A stretch of DNA of 64,000 nt from Selaginella moellendorffii (lineage: Eukaryota > Plantae > Lycopodiophyta). Below, one piece after another: positions 11,601 through 22,258 of this stretch. The position numbers were made by a program, and so were the translations under genes. Under the pieces are notes generated by a model. It saw only the letters and a list, made by a program, of their open reading frames with translations, was not told where the DNA came from and made no database searches. Positions within the stretch are counted from its first letter, which is position 1; the number at the start of each line of letters is the position of its first letter. The stretch lies in NCBI RefSeq assembly GCF_000143415.4, contig NW_003314416.1, positions 129,332 to 193,331 on the forward strand, written 5' to 3'.

Positions 11601-14600
11601 TGAGTTGGGACTTGAACCCAAGTACTAGAGGGTCAGGACTCGAACCCAACCTCCATATATGCATTTACGGATGGCATCACACAGGATGCCTGGCGTGACT
11701 CCCCACGCCGGTGCACCAATTTATACTTAAAGTGCGCTATAGATCATAGCTTAGGAACGTAGTTCCTCCGCACTACCAAGTCCTCTCACTTGACAAGTTT
11801 GTGATTATGTATGGACTCCTCTATGCTCGGCCCCGTTTTGAAGTTAGCACCTTCAACTAGAGGATTTGTTCCTTTGACTTGCCAATCTCACTTAGCAAGT
11901 CATTTGGCCACCGTAACATGGTTCATGCATAAACGTGAAAGTCCTTAACCATCGACTTTCATTCAAAGCCCTGTCTTTAAACACTCGGGAACTACTTCCC
12001 CAACCTTGATAGCCTCGCCTCATAGCCAACTTCAAGACCACGCTTCTGTTGTGCCACTTTGATTTCACACGCTCTAGGAACCATTTACACTTGGCTTTCT
12101 AGGTACTTATCTACCTAGAATTGTCTTTGGGAACCTTCAAGAAACTTTGTTCCTTAGCTTGTTAAGGCTTCTTCTTTGCAAGCTCCCTACTCATCATAAC
12201 ATGGATAATTCCACATTTTAGACTCTCCATGGCATTACGGTCGCTAGTGACAACATGCTTGAGCACCCACTTGATTCTCCACTCCCAACTTGCATAACCA
12301 CCCTTGGTTAGCCTGTCAATTCTCATGGTTCAAGTCTATCACTTTATTACTTGCCTTTTAGCCTCATACATTTCCTTCAGTCATTCTCCTCTAGACTAGG
12401 AAGATAGCTTTGCACTTTCTACCATGCTTTGGCAAATATTCATAGAGATGAACCTACCTGACAGCCTAGAGAGTGGTTCCTCAATCCGGGTTTGCTGACC
12501 TTGTAATCCCATACACTAGGATTACCGTTGCTACTTATGGGCCTTTATATACCCATCACTAGCTTTGCCAAAATCCCTTTTTGGTTTTGTCCAATTTGGG
12601 TAGATGGATTTCTCCCATTTCTGCAACCTTGAACATTTGAATAACACTTCCTATCCATCATTCGCTAGGGACTTTATCCCTTGGGCATTATCCATTGCCC
12701 TTACGACACCAAACACCCCCTCCTGGTGTTCTAGAGTGCTTGGGTGTCTCAATGATGGCCTTTTTGGTAATGAGCATTCCCTTTACGATATTGACTTACT
12801 ACATCATAACATAAGTAATTTCTCCCCTATAAGGGTATATCTAACTTCTTTATCCCAATAAGAAGTCTTAGGTAGTTACCTTCTACTAGTTTAACCAATT
12901 ACTTTGCACAATTTGCTTAGTTACCTCTTAGTTGTCAAGTCCTACAACTCATTGCTGGTGCTTCCACACCTCTATCATTATTTGGGTCACCACACTTCAA
13001 TCGCATGCCTTCCAGCTTAGGCTATGCCATTCCCATTTCTATTAGGATTCCTTTGGTTAAGGGTTCTCATGAACCCACCAACTTGACCTCATGGCAGGGT
13101 GATGATAGAACTGCTGAGGAGTTCAAGGCTAGAATGAATACAGATAAAAAAATGGGGTAACTTAGTAAAGTGTTCAAGAGCCGGCTTAGAAATCAAATGG
13201 ACAAATGCTCCCAATCCAAGTGTAGGTGGCATTCCCTACTTGGATATCTAGTGTGGTTCATTGGAACCTCGCTTTAGCCACATGGCTAGGGCACCCAGAG
13301 GTGGAAGGTGGGGAGATTACCTATAAGGCTTGTGTTAAGTTGTGGTGTTTCGAAATATTATTTTAAAGTCTTGAATTGTGGAAAAGAAGAAGAGTGGCAC
13401 ATTCAGTGTCTCCACACCATCGGCTCTACAAGCCTAACTTTACGACACTTCCCACTTGTGTTAGGGTCTTTGCAAAGACCAAAATAGTCATTTCTCATGC
13501 CAACTATTAGTTAGCACTACACCATAGTGTTCACACACAACTCTATGCCAAAGTTGCTTTCTTTTGGGGAACACCTTTCCCACGACTTTAGTATGGCACA
13601 TTCTGCCATCAATGAGATACCCACTATTCTCATTGGATCCTATAATCCCCCCATACTTTGTGGGGTACAATCACCTCAGTCCAAATGCTTCCATTAGTCC
13701 CTTAGGATTATTCTTTGATTCTACTTGAGTCATCTAGCTTTTTGGACTTTGTTAATCTAACGACCCGTGAGGTCCTACTTTGAGGTGCTAGCTCATTGAA
13801 ATACAACTTCTTGTATTCATGTTCTACTCACAAGGACCATCTTTGCAAGTGTTACTCTGACACTTAATTTTGTTCTTTGGGAGCAACCTTTGCCCCTTAA
13901 GACTATTTGTCCATATGATGAAAATACTGACTCATCCTTTGAGCACCCCCCAACTCCTTGGGTTTGTTCCAACATTTATAAAAGGTAGCCCCGGCTACCA
14001 TTTTAAGGACTCATGTCGTCATCTGTACTTGACCTCTCACGGCCGTCCATTCTGGTCTCAATTTCATGAGCACCAGCCTCAACTATGTGAGGATAATCTT
14101 GTAACTTTTTTATTGTTTTGGAGTCTCTATCTTTCCCGTGATCCCAACTATAATTGTTTACCACAACTACCTTAGCCAGTTTGCTAAGTCAAACGCTCAT
14201 CCAGATCACATCGTCAACCCTCTGAAGGAAACCTTATACTGTTCCCAAGATCTTGAAGTCGTTCCATTATTGGTCCTTTTCTATCCACTGCCTCACTTAC
14301 AAGTTCACACATGAACTGTAGTGGAGAGCCATGTCTTTTCGACCTGCTACTCCTCAAGGATAGGTTCACTCCTAGGACCTTCCGATGCCAACACTAGCGG
14401 TGATATACTTGAGCACTAATAAAAGTTGGACTAAGGAACAACTCCGATACTAAGTTGTAAACGACTAATTTTTCCATTTTACTTTAGTCACTTAACCGCA
14501 CCTCTGACCACTTGGAGGAGTCTCATCCACAACCTCCATAAGTCCCATTCAAGACTTGGGGCTTGCTAGCCCCGAAAATGGCATCCATGCCACTCAACCT

Positions 14601-15192
14601 TTGCACTTGGTCCAAGTGCTCCACATGTCCGATCCCATGACCGACACCCCAAGGTACCACCAACATATCAACCCATTATGCTAGGCCATGCCCATTCACC
14701 TTGGTCACATCGGTGGTCCAATGCCACCTGCATTGCAATCCCGTCTCTCAAGGACTCGAGCCCAGTCCTGGTTTCAGACTCGGACTCGGTCTCAGCCTCA
14801 GTCTTGGTCTCGGTCTCGGTCTCGGTCTCAGTCTCGGTCTCAGTCTCAGTCTCGGTCTCGGTTCCATCTTGGACTCCATCTCAGGTCCATCTTGGACTCC
14901 ATCTCGGACTCCATCTCGGACCCCATCTCGGACTCCATCTCGGGTCTATCTCGGGTCCATCTCGGACTCCATCTTGGACTCCATCTCATGTCCCTTTTCT
15001 AGAGACTCACTCATTGCTCGCTTCGTGCTTGCTCCTTGAGCACTTCGTTGGGAGTTCCACTCCCGCTCTCGATCTTTTCAAGTCGGAGCTTTTAGTCCAA
15101 ACGTGTTACACTCGTTTGGCTTTCACTTCGGCCACTACCACATGGCACCCTTTCGGCTCCACTTTTGGGGCCTAGGGATTTTATATCTCATA
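8632..15192 (-). mobile_element. Non-autonomous LTR retrotransposon (LARD-like, Ty3/Gypsy chromovirus-related), full insertion
   Basis: 5-bp TSD GAGAT at 8627-8631 and 15193-15197. LTRs at 8632-10135 and 14456-15192 (the latter internally deleted). Degenerate tRNA-Met PBS at ~14441-14453, PPT (ATGGGTGGTGGAGT on minus) at 10136-10149. No intact pol. Confidence 0.9.
9695..9932. repeat. 6-bp (CTCGGA) and 12-bp (GGACTCCATCTC) minisatellite inside the LTR
   Basis: The same array occurs at 14775-14990 and 47025-47480, with a related array at 43980-44300. Confidence 0.9.
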
Positions 15193-15889
15193 GAGATATC
15201 AAACAAGGAGAACTCTGACTCAAGAAACTTTGCCATGCTCAGCAAGGCATGAGCAATTCTCATAGTCGACTTGGATACATAACTCCATGCAATCTCGACA
15301 ATATCAAATGAGTTATATTAATTTTAAGATGGATGCTGTAAAAAAAAACTAATCTTGAAGACTAAAAATGATTTGGAAAATTATTCTTACTTATAAAAAT
15401 ACTAATATTTCAAGAAATCCTCAATAATTTCTTTTTCTCAGATGTATATAACACCAAATATTTCTCTAATTGGTAAAAATAAATTTATTTTTAATATTAA
15501 TATTAATATGTATTTCAAAAGAGTAGCAACAACTTTATATTTTCTTTCTTACTTCAAATACCAAATCCGTTATCTGGTTTTTAACTAATAAGCTTCTACA
15601 AGCCTACTATTAAATTCTTATATTTTAATATTCAAATTTGCTACCTAAGCTCTGCATTACTATTAAACCCACTAAATAAAATGCTACCACATTTATATTA
15701 AACCTCATGACAATAGAGAATGATTCTTGGTATGTAATAGGTATAAGCTATCTCATACACATACAAATATCAAATCCTATCTTATAATCACATGTGCTAC
15801 ATTCATCCCCCCTTAAGAGATGTCAATATTTTCATTGACTATTAATTAACAACCCCTACTAAGCCAAGGGGAACCAACACCTCCATTTC

Positions 15890-16540
15890 TGTAGCGCACG
15901 TGGTTTTGACCTTTTATCCTATGGTGATTTACCATAGGATAACAGCACGAAGCAGAACCTAAACCCTCTTTATGCCACATAACACATGCCATGTGTCATA
16001 TGCCACGTGTCCAAAGGACAGTGGTGCGGAACTCAAGGTTCAGGGCCTTGGGCCATTGAACAAAGGAACGGTGCGAAACTCCCAAGCATGGAGCCAAGGA
16101 GTGACAGAACCAGACCATGGAGCAACTCCCGAGCATATAACCCAAGGAGCGAAGGGATGGGAGCCCGGAGCGACTTGGAACAGTCCTAGAGTAACTAACA
16201 TCCCAATGCTAGGACCAGCACGCAAAACGGAGCCAAACGGAGCCAAACGGAGTTTGGCACTATTTCGACATACCGGTGGCCTAACGCGAGGACATGGGTA
16301 CTCCACCAGCTAGCATGGAATGGAACTTGGGCTTAGACCCAAGCTAGATGCAGAACAAGGACAGGCACGCAAGCGGGAGCTAGACTATGCCTCACCCAAC
16401 CTACTCACTATCCCTACTATACATTTGGAACTCCTCACAGCCCCCACCCCCCCTTGAGGAACACACGCTTTGGGCTTTCACCCCAAGCCTCTCTTAGTAT
16501 CAGGAGTTAGTCTCTAGGACAAGCTCAAAACTTACTAATA
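15890..16540 (-). mobile_element. Truncated LTR (3' part) of the family of the solo LTR at 38614-39792
   Basis: Reverse complement of ~39085-39792; begins with the TGTAGC terminus. Confidence 0.85.
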
Positions 16541-16599
16541 TTATTTTTTGTTTATGATACCATATTTAATATAGTATAATAACATTTTCAATGCCGGGA

Positions 16600-18500
16600 G
16601 CAATGAAAATCAGTGACTAAAGTCTAATGACTAATGCATTTAGCTAACAGCTTTGAGAATGCCTTGAAGAAGCTAATTCTGCATGATCAACATTCAGTCG
16701 AAACTAAAGTGAAGACTATGAGATGGACTCATATTGGTACACAACCTCCTCATAGACAAAGCTATAGTATGGGTACCAATATCTCAACAGCAAACAACTA
16801 AGCTGGACATCATTATCCTCAGCCAAGGCAAAGTACCATCAAGACCAAGTCAACATTAGTGAAAACTCATTACTCTCATAGAGTCTTAACGAAATGGAAG
16901 GTGCAATCTTGCTACCAAACATAACACTATAAAAGAAAGGCATAAGGGTCACCCTTCTTAGAAAAGCATAATAACCATTTTTCTACACTAACTCCAGACT
17001 CTATCTAACTCAATTGCCTTAACTCTAAAATGTCAACATCCCTTTCGGACCGCATCATATAAACTATCAACTAAGGTTTAAGCTAACCAAAGTCAACTTT
17101 AACCCCTTCACTAGTTTATATTGGCTTACGAAAACAGAATGGTTTTTGAGTAAAATAATCAATAGATCAACCATTGGAAAAGCCTAAGAAAATTTATGGA
17201 AATTTTTCCATCCTAGAGAAAGAATGACTCTCAGTCTAGGAATGCAAACTTTCAAAACTCAACCAACTTCTTTCTACCTACAACTTCACATAGGTTCACC
17301 TCAACACAAATTTTCATCACCCATAATATGTCTAAGCATTGAACATCTTTGCTATTTATCCGACATCCACAAAATGCAAAGTGAACATCCAAGGCTTGAT
17401 TACGAAGACCACATTTTTGGATATTCATATTGCATTAAAATTCTTCTTCAACCACCTTCAAAATCCAATGTGAAGTAAAAACATTAACAAGAAAAATGAC
17501 ATGGAAAATCAAGCTTTAAGGAAAATTCCTCATCACTCGAAATAACAATGCCACTTCCACTAACACAAGTGCTAGCAATGTCAATGCCTCAACCTCACAC
17601 ATTCTCCATCCAACAATCTACTCCAAATACTAACAGATCAACCAACAAGCTATAGCAAATGAATGCTATAACCCTTTCCAACACCGTATGGGCAAACTTT
17701 CACAGAATTAAGGAACCAATTTAAGCTAAGCATAATGGACCACCATCGAGAATCCAATCAAGGCTACTACAATGCTACTTCGTGCAAGGAGACTAGCTTC
17801 ACCATCAACCACTTTGGGGTTGATGATCATTTATCAAGCAACTTCACAAACATATTGCTTATGACCACATGAATATGATATAAGTAATCACAATGACTTG
17901 ATCATCAATTGAGCAACACCACAAGTAATGTCTATATCATTACTTCAAAGATTTATGTGACTATCAAGTGCCAACTCGATTTAACAAAATGCAATATAAA
18001 TGCCACACTCCACCAATAAAGATTTATAACACCAAATACCACTAACTTTTATTCACAACATGGACAAGCTCATGCCACTCTCTTTCTTACCAAACTCAAA
18101 ACTAATCCAACACCAAGCTACTCAAGGAGCAATAGCAAGATTCCCCAGAAAGAATTGAGCATTGCAACCCAAGTCTTCCAATAGCAAGCCTAGATAAAAA
18201 TGGTTTAGCGCTTCACCGCTATCCATCCCATGACTCACTACTTGCAAGACCATCATTTCCAACATGCATCAAGATAGGGATTCTTGATTGCATGATGTGA
18301 ACACAAGCAATGAGTCAACACCTCATTGCAAATCATTTTTCCAAGAAGAAAAGATGATTTACGTGTTTAATCCTTCATCCCTGACAACTCTCTTTTCAGT
18401 CTCATCTTTGACTAAACCTCAAGCTTGCATTCGCACTGCTTTCAATCCAATCCAAGAAAAGTTTATGCACGGCAATGACTTGAACTAATAGACTAATCCC
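16600..18500 (+). mobile_element. Highly degenerate LINE (L1-like) ORF2 remnant
   Basis: CA-rich strand bias. ctttgagaatgccttg resembles the DFEKAFD motif and ggcataagggtcaccc resembles GIRQGDP. Many stops. Confidence 0.4.
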
Positions 18501-18945
18501 TACTGTCTTGGTTGATTCACTTGTAATCATGCCTAGGAAGGATCCATTAGTGCCGTGCTAAACAACTACGAACCAACCTCTTTGCCACTCATAGCAAACC
18601 CAGGGAAGGTTTACTTTCACCCATGGTACATGGAACAACTCATGGAACCACCGATAGGTTAACATTAATCCTGTCAACTCAAAGTGTAATCTTGAGTTGC
18701 TAATATGCCTCACTCACGAGCCCAAGCGCAAACTCGTGCAAAATGGTACACCTCAAATCCATCCTATGAGCCCAAGAGCAAGCTCACATCATAAGGTACA
18801 ACAAGGTAACCAAATCCATACCCAAGGAACAATTGCGAAGTCTTTGCACCCAAACGTGTACCCACTCAAATCATCATTTTCATCTCTGCGTATCTAACGA
18901 GACTAGTGGCCCAATCTCATTGGATAGTACTTGCCGAGACTCGTC

Positions 18946-19581
18946 CTCTAATACCAAATATAGCACACGTGGTTTTTACCCTTTATCCTATGATGATTTA
19001 CCATAGGATAACACCATGAAGCGGAACCTAAACCCTTCATGTGCCACATGTCATATGCCACATATCTATAGAAAAATGGTGTGGAACCCAAGGAACGGTG
19101 CCAAACTCCCAAACATGGAGCCAAGGAGTGTCGAAACCAGACCACGGAGCAACTCCCGAGCTTACAGCCCAAAGAGTGAAGGGACAAGAGCCCGGAGCAA
19201 CTTGGAACAGTCCTAGAGCAACTAGCATCCCAATGCCAGGACCAGCATGCAAAACAGAGCCAAATGGAGTTTGGCATTATTTCGGTATACCGGTGGTCTA
19301 ACGCAAGGATATGGGTACTCCACCAGCTAGCATGGTGTGGAATTTAGGCTTAGACCCAAGTCGGACATAGAACAAAGACAAGCACGCATGCGGGAACTAG
19401 ACTATGCCTCAGGTTGGTCAGCCATGTTTGACCTACCCAATATCCCTACTATACATTTGGAACCCCCCCCCTCGAAGAAGAACACACACTTTGGGCTTTC
19501 ACCCCAAGCCTCCCTTAGTATCAGGAGTTAGTCTCTGGGACAAACTCAAAATTACTAAATATGTAATGTCCCTAGATTGCG
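18946..19581 (-). mobile_element. 3' half of an LTR (same family as 38614-39792) followed by a tRNA-Met-type PBS
   Basis: Matches the reverse complement of 39063-39792. TGGTATTAGAG lies on the minus strand at 18946-18956. Confidence 0.85.
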
Positions 19582-20625
19582 TTTTAGGGTGTGGAGAGGC
19601 ACAACATCTAGCACCATGACTGCCGTGACCGGAGGAGCAGTTAGAGGTAGAAGAGTGCCAAGGGGAGAGCGCCCAATCTCCCCACACTTGCTACCGTCGG
19701 CGAAGGCATCCGTCGTGAGATTCAGGGAAGAATCACTCCAAAATCTCTCTGTTTTTTGTTTTACACTGCTCTGTCCAGGATGGAACGTCATCCAGCACCC
19801 AGCAGCAGTGGAGGAAGAACCAAGCCCCAGCCATTCGCACTTGGAAGAGGTGCTAGAGGCCGCGGCCTCAGCATCCGACTGCCCCAGGGAGGGATGCTGA
19901 AGGGAAGAGCCGCCAACAGCAAAACCCCAATCACTAGAAGGAGGGCATTGCTGGGCTCTCCAGGGAACAGTGAGAAGCTAGGTTTGAGTGGCACGGCAGG
20001 AAGCAGTGAGCACACTGTCAGCGATCAAGCAGGCTCGAGGCAGAAATCACACCACACAGAAAGTGATTACCTTGCAGAGTGTGCAGCCATGGATCTTCAC
20101 GAAGAGGTCGTGCAGGGAACCAGGGAGATGATGATCAGGGCTCATCACACTTGTCAACTTCTGAAAGAACTGGTGGACACACCAAAGGATAAGCTGGAAA
20201 AGCTAGTCTCACTGGAACAGGATGGCGGTGCACACAGAAGTGGCTTGGCCACCAAGGAGGAGTCACCACCACCAGTTACAGTCCTTGAGCTTGGTTCAAG
20301 ATGTCTTGGGAACCAACAGGAAGAAGATGAGACACTGGACGAGGTGATCCTACCTGGAAACACAGGAGTGGCGATGCACAAGTCACTAGAAGAAGAGCTA
20401 CGCAGGAGCAGTGACGGAGCAGGAGAGCAGGAGCCTTCAAGGGCACAGGGACCTGGGCCAGGGATGTCTCAACCAGCCTCACCACCCACACAGCATGGTT
20501 CCCCCATACAGCAAAGCTGTGCGCTGAACAAGGAAGTACAGGAAGCAAGTGGATTCCTAGGCTTGGGTGATCTAGCCAGTGGTGACGGACCACGTGAAGA
20601 GGTGGCCACAAGCAGAGATCTGGAC
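19582..20625 (+). mobile_element. Low-complexity ORF region, possibly LINE 5' end/ORF1, truncated by the TIR transposon
   Basis: ORF 19756-20784 runs into the TIR at 20630. No diagnostic motif; the LINE assignment rests only on context. Confidence 0.3.
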
Positions 20626-21287
20626 TTAAGCTCTATTTCGTTAAAGTGGGATTTATTCAGTAAAATGGGACTAGGTACAAATTTTCAAGTATTTGAAAAT
20701 GACGTGAAATTATATGTTTTTTGTCCAGGGGCTAGACATATCTGGGGCATGGTGACTAGCGCGGTGACTTTGTGTCCAGACTGAGTCCATCTGGTTGTAT
20801 AATAAATCTCATTATCAAGGTGAACAAGCCGAATCTGAAGCTAAAGAAGAGCGATGGCATGCGCGCACACACTATTTGTTTGTTCATTGAGCGTGTGGTG
20901 AGCTTTCCAAAATGAATGTCATTCCTATTAGCCAAACATATAACTTAATGGTGAGAACATTTAGATATTATTCAATGTTATCTTTTTCTAATGAATCTAA
21001 TTGTGAAGGTGTAGCAAGAGGCATTGCTAGTCTGGAGAAGTCATTTAACTCATTTGACCCTTAGTGTATTTTCATGAAACTAAATAACATTCATATTATT
21101 AAGGAATTTCTCTAGTACCTTTTTTTTACGACATAGAGGCTTGCATTTCTTTCAAAGGTGATTTAGTAAAAGGCCTGAGGGCACATGCCATTCTATTTCT
21201 CAGACCGGTATTAAGATATACTAGTGCAAAGGGAAAAAGGTATTTGGTGATCAAGTAAATAGCATGAGGGCACACGCCATTATAAGC

Positions 21288-21545
21288 CTAAGCGCTAGTG
21301 GACACCTCCTTTTTGGTACTCTCAGCGGTACTATCATCCTTCTCCGGGTCAGTTGTTTTGCTTTGGATTGTTGTCTCTGACGTTACTGGGGCGTTCTCGA
21401 TAGTTGTTAATGTTGCCGTTTGTTCAGAAAAATGATCACCTGGAGTATAGTACGGGGAGTTTGGAAGACTTATATATTCTACATCTTCACCTATCTCCTT
21501 CTCCGTCTCCTTTTCTGCCTCACTTACAGATTTTGTGCTTGCCAT
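21288..21545 (-). CDS. Small acidic/Thr-rich ORF inside the transposon (possible third gene or exon)
   Basis: MASTKSVSEAEKETEKEIGEDVEYISLPNSPYYTPG... is protein-like within an AT-rich region. Possible donor near 21305, followed by a palindrome copy at ~21259. Confidence 0.35.
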   Translation of the reverse strand: MASTKSVSEAEKETEKEIGEDVEYISLPNSPYYTPGDHFSEQTATLTTIENAPVTSETTIQSKTTDPEKDDSTAESTKKEVSTSA

Positions 21546-22258
21546 GAGAACGCTCTTCACCCTAAAATATGGAGTTCGTTGTGTTATAAAAGGAAACCAA
21601 CACACACGCTGCAAGGGAATGATGGTACATAAAGCACGTAAGCCCACAATATGGGTTTATGTGCCATTAATATGGGCCACATGCCATATTATTAGATTTA
21701 TGCATGTGTGATTGGTAAATGCATATGTCACATCATCTTTGTTTTACCTCACACACTATATCAGGCCTAATGAACCATATCACATGTGCGCATATGCTAT
21801 ATATATGGAGAAGTATTATGCAAGGATAGAAAAATTCAATGCATGATTGTGGAGAGCAATGGCATGAAGCCACATGCTAAATAACATTTTAGAGAAAGAA
21901 TTAAAATAGAAACATGCAAACAGTACTAAGTGGACCAAGACTTAGAAGTGCACAATTGAATGAGGTATTTCTAATAAATATTTCACTCACCTCATATAGG
22001 AATGGCTACCACTCTCAAATGGCGTATCGCCTCATGCCATCACCTCGCAATTTGTTATAACAATCCGATGAATTCATATTCGGCTTGTTCACCTTGAACT
22101 TTAAGTAAGATTTGCTAGAACAACTAAGAATTTATACTTGTTATTTGTATCATCTCACCTAGGAATGGCGTAAGGCCACATGCCATCACGCCTCCTTTGA
22201 TTCAGATTCGGATTGTTCACCTTGAAATAAAATACATTAGAAACTTAGTAAAGGAATA

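Noticed and set aside
15700-15830. PPT-like TTAAGGGGGGATGAA followed by TGTAG on the minus strand
   Set aside because: Probably an old LTR-element end, but no partner LTR or boundary could be defined.
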